From positions 1 through 51,058 of the IMG/VR virus record IMGVR_UViG_3300015203_000011: a DNA stretch of 51,058 nt; one strand, given 5' to 3'. The translations under genes were made by a program, and so were the position numbers. How positions within the stretch are numbered: the stretch's first letter is position 1; each line of letters starts with the position of its first letter. A model generated the notes under the pieces. The model was not told the origin of the DNA. It saw nothing but the letters and a program-made list of their open reading frames with translations, and did no database searches. Origin of the DNA: a virus. Below are positions 1-5,908 of the stretch, one piece after another.

Positions 1-99
1 TTGTTGGCAAAGAGTTCTTTCAATTTTTCTTCGGCTTTTTCTAATGTTCGGTAAATGCCTAAACAATTTTCTTTTTGGTATTTCAAGTATTCCCATACT
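1..99. repeat. Terminal direct repeat copy 1 (identical to 50960-51058)
   Basis: The first 99 nt and last 99 nt of the window match exactly when read side by side. Confidence 0.97.
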
Positions 100-113
100 T
101 CGTAGTACTTCAT
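1..113 (-). CDS. 5' part of a 61-aa hypothetical ORF crossing the circular junction (continues 50959 to 50887)
   Basis: ATG at 113-111 with GGAGG at 121-125. The frame stays open to nt 1 and, through the overlap, to TGA at 50889-50887. Confidence 0.5.
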   Translation of the reverse strand, partial: MKYYEVWEYLKYQKENCLGIYRTLEKAEEKLKELFAN

Positions 114-116
114 TTT

Positions 117-386
117 TTACCTCCTTGCTGAACATACGTAACTTCGTGGGTGTTCGGGAATGAAGTTACTAGTAATAAATCTATTGGTAAACTTTTGTAT
201 ATATAGCTTTGCGGAAACGGAGAGAGATGAGCAAAGGGACTTGGCTATTCGTTCAGCCTCTTCTTTTGAGTCTGATATTCCCGCTGTGACACAGATCTTT
301 TCTTTACATGCTTCTATGGCGTAAAGTTCTTGTGTCCTTGTATTGCATGCTGTTAAACCTAGTAGTAAAATAAGTACTTTTTTCAT
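117..386 (-). CDS. Small secreted lipoprotein
   Basis: N-terminus MKKVLILLLGLTAC has a signal peptide and a lipobox-like LTAC. It is coupled to the upstream ORF by an ATGA overlap. Confidence 0.6.
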   Translation of the reverse strand: MKKVLILLLGLTACNTRTQELYAIEACKEKICVTAGISDSKEEAERIAKSLCSSLSVSAKLYIQKFTNRFITSNFIPEHPRSYVCSARR

Positions 387-511
387 TTTTTACCTACCTT
401 GAACTCTAGCATCCTTACGAATGCTCTAGTTACTGCAATAAATACGGCTAATCCGAACCCGAAAAACAGTATTGGAACCATGAACAGTAATAACATCGTG
501 ATAAGTATCAT
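383..511 (-). CDS. 42-aa small membrane protein (below ORF-track cutoff)
   Basis: ATG at 511-509 is preceded by GGAG. Product is MILITMLLLFMVPILFFGFGLAVFIAV... The stop overlaps the ATG of the 386 gene (ATGA). Confidence 0.45.
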   Translation of the reverse strand: MILITMLLLFMVPILFFGFGLAVFIAVTRAFVRMLEFKVGKK

Positions 512-514
512 CTT

Positions 515-895
515 TTACTCCTGACCTATTTTACCTATTAATTGTAAATAACCAAAGCAAAAGAAGCTTTGGCAACGATTGACCATTATTTCGATGTCTC
601 CTTTGTTTGTTAAAATTGTATATAGAAGGGTATTTGGTAAACGTTGTTCATCATCTAAGTAATCTAATGTAACCAACGTCAGTTTAACTTTGAAAATTTG
701 AAAATTTATTTCTTTAGATGGAAAATCATGGCTTTTAATTTTGCAATTACTACATTCCATTTTGATATTTATTTTTTCATTTCTATCTGCTAGTAATAAA
801 ATTTTATGTTTCTCAATAATAATTTGATGTATCATTCGGTTATGTAGATAGAATTTGGCTTCTTCGGATTCTAGAGGGGTTGTAAAATATATCAT
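515..895 (-). CDS. Hypothetical protein
   Basis: 126-aa ORF in the leftward operon with no recognisable motifs. Confidence 0.55.
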   Translation of the reverse strand: MIYFTTPLESEEAKFYLHNRMIHQIIIEKHKILLLADRNEKINIKMECSNCKIKSHDFPSKEINFQIFKVKLTLVTLDYLDDEQRLPNTLLYTILTNKGDIEIMVNRCQSFFCFGYLQLIGKIGQE

Positions 896-978
896 AACAT
901 CCTCCTATGCTTTGTATTCTGAAAAGACCAATAACAGTACGAAAATTAGGCCAAAAACCAAAATTCCGCTTGCGAGAC

Positions 979-1152
979 TTATTCCCATAGATCCTCCGCA
1001 TTAAATTCCTGTTCATCTGCCTTTTTAAGGGCCTGGCAGCCTTTACAAGCTTCACATTCATCTTGTGTACAGGCTTCACAGGACTCATTCTCACAATCGC
1101 ATCCTTGACTCTCATCCTCTGTGTACCATTCCGGTGGTAGTGAACCGTTCAT
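979..1152 (-). CDS. 57-aa acidic Cys-rich protein (not in ORF track)
   Basis: Manual translation gives MNGSLPPEWYTEDESQGCDCENESCEACTQDECEACKGCQALKKADEQEFNAEDLWE. Its ATG overlaps the TGA of the upstream gene (ATGA at 1152-1149). Confidence 0.5.
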   Translation of the reverse strand: MNGSLPPEWYTEDESQGCDCENESCEACTQDECEACKGCQALKKADEQEFNAEDLWE

Positions 1153-1367
1153 AGTGTCTCACCTTTGACCATGAACTTAGGACTCGGTGTGATGAACATC
1201 GCAAGCTTAGCACGAAGAGTCTTTTTACGCTCTTCTAGTGGGATATTGAACTTCTCCCACTCATCAATTCCGATGTGTCCGTTCCTCATTAGGTCGTATT
1301 CTACCATGATTTCACATTCTACATCTTCTAGCTCTACTTGAATCTGTCCTTTTGATTGCTTTGTCAT
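1149..1367 (-). CDS. Hypothetical protein
   Basis: 72-aa ORF coupled to neighbouring genes. Confidence 0.6.
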   Translation of the reverse strand: MTKQSKGQIQVELEDVECEIMVEYDLMRNGHIGIDEWEKFNIPLEERKKTLRAKLAMFITPSPKFMVKGETL

Positions 1368-1378
1368 TTTCTTCTCCT

Positions 1379-1561
1379 CTAGTTAATAGTATAGCAATAA
1401 CTCACTAACACCGCAAGTCCTGCAAGGATAAAAAAGATATTCCCTGCATAAACCCACCATGGAGTCCTTTCGCCTACGTCTCTCATTACGTAGACTGAAC
1501 CTAGACTCACGCTGAACAGGAAAACTACGAAAAATGCGAATACGAACGTTGCGTCTATCAT
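1379..1561 (-). CDS. Small membrane protein (2 predicted TM segments)
   Basis: The ORF-track entry is 1379..1597. The internal ATG at 1561 is preferred because AAGGAG lies 7 nt upstream. Hydrophobic stretches are FVFAFFVVFLFSVSLGSVYV and IFFILAGLAVLVSY. Confidence 0.55.
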   Translation of the reverse strand: MIDATFVFAFFVVFLFSVSLGSVYVMRDVGERTPWWVYAGNIFFILAGLAVLVSYCYTIN

Positions 1562-1562
1562 A

Positions 1563-1652
1563 TCATTCTCCTTCATCTGTGTAGTAGTATATAGCAACTA
1601 TCACTGCGAGAAACAAGATCCCTACGAAAAAATTTTTAAGCTTGTTCCACAT
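1563..1652 (-). CDS. 29-aa hydrophobic peptide (tentative)
   Basis: Manual translation gives MWNKLKNFFVGILFLAVIVAIYYYTDEGE, which overlaps both neighbours. Confidence 0.3.
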   Translation of the reverse strand: MWNKLKNFFVGILFLAVIVAIYYYTDEGE

Positions 1653-1797
1653 TTCGGGTTTCCTTTCGTGCGAGGCTTAAATCGTTGTTAATGGCTGTCA
1701 GTAGTTCAGCTGACTCAGTTGTTGTGATGGTTCCTTCGGCCAGTAAGCTGATTACCCATCTAATCTGATTTTCTAGTTCTTCTATTTTCGTTTTCAT
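1636..1797 (-). CDS. 53-aa hypothetical protein, first gene of the leftward arm
   Basis: ATG at 1797-1795 lies 5 nt downstream of AGGAGG (reverse complement of 1803-1808). Confidence 0.45.
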   Translation of the reverse strand: MKTKIEELENQIRWVISLLAEGTITTTESAELLTAINNDLSLARKETRNVEQA

Positions 1798-1825
1798 CTT
1801 GTCCTCCTATTAATACTATGACCCT

Positions 1826-1854
1826 ATTTCGAAAAAGATACAAGTATTTGTCAA
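1826..1854 (-). promoter_or_regulatory. Candidate leftward promoter (TTGACA-17-CGAAAT)
   Basis: Perfect -35 (reverse complement of 1849-1854) but a weak -10. It mirrors the rightward promoter at 2968. Confidence 0.3.
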
Positions 1855-2037
1855 ATATTTTTAATATTACCATAAGTAACTGTATTTATAGTACTTTGTA
1901 TCAAAACGGTCAGTAGATCGATTAAAATTCGACATTCTGGTCAGTTAATGTCACTTTTCGCTCATTTCTGACCATTTGTAGATTCTAGCTTACATTACAT
2001 GTCTTTCTGATAAGTTTATCTAACGAAAAACTTGTCA

Positions 2038-2086
2038 GAGTGAGACACTTTTCAGGGGTGTTTTGAATGACTGAGTGAGACACTTT
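2038..2086 (+). repeat. 14-bp perfect direct repeat GAGTGAGACACTTT (2038-2051 and 2073-2086)
   Basis: Read directly. The two copies start 35 bp apart. Confidence 0.9.
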
Positions 2087-2130
2087 AGATGCCTGTTTAC
2101 CTTTGAAAGGCGTGTAGGTCTGTACAGGAA

Positions 2131-2175
2131 TTAGGTCGTTTTTGAGTGATTTTGGTAATGTTGTACTGCGAATTA
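2131..2175. repeat. Inverted-repeat arm L: TTAGGTCGTTTTT + 20 nt + TACTGCGAATTA
   Basis: Both boxes recur as exact reverse complements in mirrored order at 2538-2582. Confidence 0.85.
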
Positions 2176-2337
2176 TGGATTTGTCGCACTACGAATTCGC
2201 ATCCATATTAGGTTAAAACGGAAAATCACGTACGACATATTTTAGGTTTTCTTGAAAAAAGTGAGCGCAAAAGTTTTTGAGAGGGGGGTCAAAGTGCAAC
2301 CGGATCCTACTAATATGGATCGTTTTTGCCCAAAATG

Positions 2338-2373
2338 GCAAAGGTTACAAAGGTAACCTTTGCAAAGGTTACC
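2338..2373. repeat. Overlapping palindromes: a 26-bp site with 11-bp arms (2338-2363) and a 22-bp perfect palindrome GGTAACCTTTGCAAAGGTTACC (2352-2373)
   Basis: Reverse complement checked base by base. Confidence 0.9.
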
Positions 2374-2419
2374 AACATGTTGTTTTAATTCAATAGGTTA
2401 TAAGGTTTTGTCAGAAAAG

Positions 2420-2440
2420 GTTGCAACAAAAAAGGTTACC
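2420..2440 (-). repeat. Composite site GGTAACC-N7-TTGCAAC (reverse orientation)
   Basis: The plus strand reads GTTGCAACAAAAAAGGTTACC. Confidence 0.8.
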
Positions 2441-2530
2441 TTTTTCCTAGCTAGAATCAGGTACTTAGCTCTCTTTTTAATAGAGGTTGTCACAAATTTG
2501 ATATTTCAAGTCTATATAGGTTGTATGCGA

Positions 2531-2546
2531 TGCGAATTAATTCGCA
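2531..2546. repeat. 16-bp perfect palindrome TGCGAATTAATTCGCA
   Basis: Read directly. The same two 8-mers occur 19 bp apart at 2167-2174 and 2194-2201. Confidence 0.9.
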
Positions 2547-2582
2547 GTAGCAGCAAGGCTCCTATAGTAAAAAACGACCTAA
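2538..2582. repeat. Inverted-repeat arm R: TAATTCGCAGTA + 20 nt + AAAAACGACCTAA
   Basis: Exact reverse complement of the two boxes of arm L, with identical 20-nt spacing. Confidence 0.85.
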
Positions 2583-2638
2583 AATTTGCAACCTCTCTGT
2601 TTTTCCCTTGTAACCCTATGAATAATAACAGGAAAACA

Positions 2639-2659
2639 GGTAACCCCTGTAGTTGCAAC
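2639..2659 (+). repeat. Composite site GGTAACC-N7-TTGCAAC
   Basis: Reads GGTAACCCCTGTAGTTGCAAC. Confidence 0.8.
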
Positions 2660-2695
2660 CTCCTCACTTAAGTACTTGATTAATAACAACAAAGC

Positions 2696-2716
2696 GGTAA
2701 CCTTTGACTTTGCAAC
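2696..2716 (+). repeat. Composite site GGTAACC-N7-TTGCAAC
   Basis: Reads GGTAACCTTTGACTTTGCAAC. Confidence 0.8.
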
Positions 2717-2721
2717 TTGAA

Positions 2722-2800
2722 GTGAGACTAAACGTTTGTATGATGAGACATTGTTTGGCTAAAATGAGACCCCTGTTTCAATGAGGAAATAGTGTCTCAT
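2722..2800. repeat. Phased TGAGAC iteron cluster (starts 2723, 2744, 2765; inverted copy 2792-2800)
   Basis: The three direct copies are spaced 21 bp apart. The inverted copy reads ATGAGACAC. Confidence 0.75.
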
Positions 2801-2967
2801 CAAACCCTAGTTGCGTTGGTTGTTCAGTTGCCCATATTATATAGGAGGGCCCTAATAGGTAAACTTTTCGGGGCCCCCCGCCCATCTAAGAGCACAACTA
2901 ACCCACGTGAGAATTTTCGGCCAAAATTTTCCAGAAAAAATTTTCTATAAAAATAATTTTAGGGGGC

Positions 2968-2999
2968 TTGACAAAGTTTAAGCCTTGGCGCAATATAAT
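2968..2999 (+). promoter_or_regulatory. Candidate rightward promoter
   Basis: TTGACA at 2968-2973. CAATAT lies at 17-bp spacing and TATAAT at 20-bp spacing. AGGAGG follows at 3010-3015 and ATG at 3021. Confidence 0.4.
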
Positions 3000-3020
3000 A
3001 CCAGAGAGTAGGAGGATGAG

Positions 3021-3362
3021 ATGAGAAACAGGATGTTCGATTTCACAGACCAAGCAAGAGCGGCATTAGGAAGCCGTAGAGAGTCTAGGACCTACCTCAC
3101 CCGTCTGGCAAGGCAATACGGCACCCCAGAGCCCACCCTGCGCTCCTACGGCCCCTCAAAGGGCGTTTCGGAGGTTGGGTTCTACAATCCAGTACTTCAC
3201 ACCATATTCTATCTGAGGGACCAAACCCCAGAAGAGACCGAAACAACTATACTTCATGAGTTCGTTCATGCAATCTACGATAGCAAAGGCTACGTAGAAG
3301 AACTTCACGGCCAAGCCTTCCACCTGACCCTGGCTCACCTACTAACCCAGGAACTGAAATGA
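3021..3362 (+). CDS. SprT-like zinc metallopeptidase domain protein
   Basis: Has HEFVH (HExxH) followed by HGQAF, the SprT-like pattern HExxH...HGxxF. Confidence 0.55.
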   Translation: MRNRMFDFTDQARAALGSRRESRTYLTRLARQYGTPEPTLRSYGPSKGVSEVGFYNPVLHTIFYLRDQTPEETETTILHEFVHAIYDSKGYVEELHGQAFHLTLAHLLTQELK

Positions 3363-3742
3363 CAAACTTTCGAAAAATCAATATAATGGAAAGTTCACCA
3401 ATAGAAATTCCATATATAGATCAAGCATGTAAAGAACTAAATATGCCCGTCTGCCCCACAAGATCTTTTCCAAAATTAAGAAAAATAGATAAAGAGGCCT
3501 TCTGCTGTGGTATGTTCGACCCAAAGTTCAATACAATTTTCATTTATGAGAACCTAAGTGAAAAAGAACGAAAGATCACAGCTATACACGAATTGGCACA
3601 TGCATTAGTTTATGCAAACGGAAGTACTTATGGGTATCACGGACCCGAGTTTCAGAAGGCTCTATCGCAAGTAGTAAAAACACAACCAGACATGAAATAC
3701 GATCCTTTTTGGGGTATGACATATGTACGGCCGACTAATTGA
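3359..3742 (+). CDS. SprT-like zinc metallopeptidase domain protein (paralog)
   Basis: Has HELAH followed by HGPEF. ATGA overlap with the upstream paralog. Confidence 0.6.
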   Translation: MTNFRKINIMESSPIEIPYIDQACKELNMPVCPTRSFPKLRKIDKEAFCCGMFDPKFNTIFIYENLSEKERKITAIHELAHALVYANGSTYGYHGPEFQKALSQVVKTQPDMKYDPFWGMTYVRPTN

Positions 3743-3917
3743 ATTAATCTCAAAAATTCCAGGGGTTACGGAAGTCCGCGTTTCAATAGGCAAGGAAAAG
3801 CACGGTATTTCCTATCATTTTACGGTTTTTATGGGGGATAAAGCCGAAGTTCAATCAATTCTTGACAAGCATCCTATCAAAGGTGTAACATATTACTTGA
3901 TGCACTACAGTGAGTAA
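3723..3917 (+). CDS. Hypothetical protein
   Basis: 64-aa ORF. Confidence 0.45.
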   Translation: MYGRLIELISKIPGVTEVRVSIGKEKHGISYHFTVFMGDKAEVQSILDKHPIKGVTYYLMHYSE

Positions 3918-3928
3918 GGAGGTTTAGT

Positions 3929-4474
3929 ATGAAAATAGGTTACGCTAGAGTAAGTACCGACAATCAAACACTCGACCCACAACTCGACGCCCTCAAAAAA
4001 GAGGGATGTGAAAAAATTTTTACGGATGTAGGTTCCGGAAAGAGATCAGATCGACCCGGACTCGAAGAAGCCGTCACGTCCGCGAGCACAGGGGATGTAA
4101 TCTGTGTAGTGAGGCTAGACCGCCTAGGCCGATCCTTACAAAACCTTACGGAAACTGTAACCAAACTTAAGGAAAAGGAAGTCGGGTTTAAAAGTCTCAC
4201 CGAATTAATAGACACAACCACTTCAACTGGAACACTCATGTTCCACATGTTAGGTTCGATAGCTCAATTCGAAAGAGATCTTATGAGAGAGCGTGTTATG
4301 GAAGGTCTAGAATCAGCACGACTTAGAGGGCGGGTAGGTGGCCGACGAATAACAGACCAATCAGCAAGATTAAACGTTCTAAATGCCGTACCAGATGAAA
4401 CGATTAAAGAAACCTGCCACCGTTTAGATATTAGTCGAGCAACCTACTACAGGATACTCAAGAGTGAAAAATAA
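3929..4474 (+). CDS. Small serine recombinase (resolvase/invertase family) with C-terminal HTH
   Basis: Has MKIGYARVSTDNQ, DRPGL, RLDRLGRS, FERDL..ER and a C-terminal ISRATYYRILK. AAGGAGG lies 6 nt upstream. Confidence 0.9.
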   Translation: MKIGYARVSTDNQTLDPQLDALKKEGCEKIFTDVGSGKRSDRPGLEEAVTSASTGDVICVVRLDRLGRSLQNLTETVTKLKEKEVGFKSLTELIDTTTSTGTLMFHMLGSIAQFERDLMRERVMEGLESARLRGRVGGRRITDQSARLNVLNAVPDETIKETCHRLDISRATYYRILKSEK

Positions 4475-4670
4475 TCTATGGACATACAAGAAAAAAAATT
4501 ACACAGAAACAGAATGGATTAATCTTCTAACAGGACCTATGTTTAAACGTCTAACACAATTGCTAGAAGACTCAAGACAAATAAGCAAAGAAAAGGTAGT
4601 TGAGGTAACACTAAATTCAGAAACGGAAGAAGTAAAATACACCTGGAAAAGTTCAGCATACTTAAAATAA
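4464..4670 (+). CDS. Hypothetical protein (GTG start)
   Basis: 68-aa ORF overlapping the end of the recombinase gene. Confidence 0.4.
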   Translation: MKNNLWTYKKKNYTETEWINLLTGPMFKRLTQLLEDSRQISKEKVVEVTLNSETEEVKYTWKSSAYLK

Positions 4671-4698
4671 CATGTACAATCCCGGCAGAGAGGACTGA

Positions 4699-4929
4699 AT
4701 GCACATATATAACGAAAGTTACCTGATAGATGAGTACACAACAGACGACTGGGATGCCCTAGTCAATACCCCGATTACAGAAGCCGTAATCGTATTACAT
4801 GATAACAAATCCTTTATCTCCACCCGAGGTCTGTTCGAACGTATTACGAACAAAGACCGAACTAAAACGACCTATTTTTGGGAAATTGAAGACAAAAAAG
4901 ACACCTACGGAGAGAATTTCTTAGATTAA
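4699..4929 (+). CDS. Hypothetical protein
   Basis: 76-aa ORF with a GAGAGGA ribosome-binding site. Confidence 0.5.
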   Translation: MHIYNESYLIDEYTTDDWDALVNTPITEAVIVLHDNKSFISTRGLFERITNKDRTKTTYFWEIEDKKDTYGENFLD

Positions 4930-4931
4930 TC

Positions 4932-4960
4932 TTGACTTTAACCGAAAATAGAGGTATTTT
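4932..4960 (+). promoter_or_regulatory. Candidate promoter TTGACT-17-TATTTT
   Basis: The -10 ends 6 nt before the ATG at 4966. Confidence 0.45.
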
Positions 4961-4965
4961 TAGCT

Positions 4966-5166
4966 ATGACCAATCGAGTTTACATTGTAGTCCTAGAAAA
5001 TTCTGCATGGGGTAATTTAATCGACATAGTCGGTGTTTTTACTTCAAAGGCCAGAGCTAAAAAAATTAAAGACAACTACGAGACTGGAAACTTGAAACAC
5101 GTCGTCGTAATTTACGAAACTGATTTTTATTCTAGTGCAACTAAAGTTGAAACGAAAGAAGGGTAA
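4966..5166 (+). CDS. Hypothetical protein
   Basis: 66-aa ORF. Confidence 0.5.
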   Translation: MTNRVYIVVLENSAWGNLIDIVGVFTSKARAKKIKDNYETGNLKHVVVIYETDFYSSATKVETKEG

Positions 5167-5168
5167 AC

Positions 5169-5291
5169 ATGACCCAAGATGAATACTACAAAAAATCTCT
5201 TTTCTTCAAAAGAGCTACCCTATTCATGCAGATCGTTAGTTCATTCACGGGCATAACCTCACTTATTATTCTATTACTGAAAGTATTATGA
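5169..5291 (+). CDS. 40-aa small membrane protein (not in ORF track)
   Basis: Product is MTQDEYYKKSLFFKRATLFMQIVSSFTGITSLIILLLKVL. The stop overlaps the ATG at 5288 (ATGA). Confidence 0.4.
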   Translation: MTQDEYYKKSLFFKRATLFMQIVSSFTGITSLIILLLKVL

Positions 5292-5869
5292 GCATATTCG
5301 AAACACCCACAAATACATCCAATAACATCCATTTCAAGCCAATTCGAAATGAGAGTAAGGAAGAATACGCGCAGTTCGATTACTACCTGAAGTCTTCTAG
5401 TAGAGACTTGAACGAAGTGGGCATGAAGTTTAAACTTCGCGAATCCGTAGTTAGAAACCTAGCCAAAAAGAACAGATGGGAAGAACGTGCCGCGGCTTAC
5501 GATATTCAGGAACTTGACCTACAAACCCAACTGTCCGTTGAGGTCTTAACCAGTCAAGAGATGAACGTCCATACAATGGTCGAACAACATCTCAAGATTT
5601 CAGCCCTAGCCCAGGAACTTGGGGTTAAAGGCCTTAAATACCTAAACTACGCCCTTTCACAAGCCGAAACCAGTAATCCGATTAAACCCATAATCACTCC
5701 AGCAGACGTTGTTAGATTATTAGATTTCGGTGTCCGCTTAGCGAGATTAACACATGGTGAGGCGACATCTATAACACAAACCAAAAAAGACGTTGATTAC
5801 AGCAAGTTAAGTACCGAAGAACTGCATCTGCTTAAACAGTTAACCGAAAAGAGTAACACCAGTGATTGA
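5288..5869 (+). CDS. Putative DNA-binding protein / terminase small subunit candidate
   Basis: Lies upstream of terL and has an HTH-like segment LNEVGMKFKLRESVVRNLAKKNRWEER. No firm family match by eye. Confidence 0.35.
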   Translation: MSIFETPTNTSNNIHFKPIRNESKEEYAQFDYYLKSSSRDLNEVGMKFKLRESVVRNLAKKNRWEERAAAYDIQELDLQTQLSVEVLTSQEMNVHTMVEQHLKISALAQELGVKGLKYLNYALSQAETSNPIKPIITPADVVRLLDFGVRLARLTHGEATSITQTKKDVDYSKLSTEELHLLKQLTEKSNTSD

Positions 5870-5908
5870 AACGTGGTTACTTTCCAGTGGGAAAGTAATC
5901 CACACAAT

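Larger units (their letters stand above)
1798..3020. promoter_or_regulatory. 1.2-kb non-coding divergent control region / candidate origin with several short repeat families
   Basis: No credible ORF. The region lies between the divergent first genes (1797 minus, 3021 plus). It holds repeat families GGTCAG, TGAGAC, GGTAACC/GGTTACC and TTGCAAC, plus palindromes. Confidence 0.7.

Noticed and set aside
840-1115. Listed 91-aa minus-strand ORF
   Set aside because: It overlaps the 515..895 gene. Its product is basic and low-complexity. A different frame holds an ATGA-coupled Cys-rich ORF (979-1152) that fits the operon better.
2338-2363. Possible hix/gix-type invertase crossover site (26 bp with a dyad)
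   Set aside because: The architecture is similar (26 bp, AA near the centre). However, the half-sites do not match the Hin/Gin consensus (TTATCAAAAACC-AA-GGTTTTTGATAA) in either sequence or arm orientation. I report it only as an operator-like palindrome.
2360-2671. Listed 103-aa plus-strand ORF inside the control region
   Set aside because: It has a TTG start inside a palindrome and no ribosome-binding site. The sequence is made of repeat motifs, and the product looks random and Cys/Phe-rich. I treat the region as non-coding.
1800-3020. tRNA genes, CRISPR repeats, a retron or a DGR in the large non-coding region
   Set aside because: No T-loop-like GGTTCGAAT-type sequence or cloverleaf is visible. 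The repeats are short binding-site-like motifs, not regularly spaced 25-40-bp CRISPR repeats. No reverse transcriptase gene exists anywhere in the window.
3929-4474. Recombinase acting as a phage integrase (temperate lifestyle)
   Set aside because: At 181 aa it is resolvase/invertase-sized, not a large serine integrase. No attP-like feature, tyrosine integrase or CI/Cro-like repressor was seen. Lifestyle is left open.
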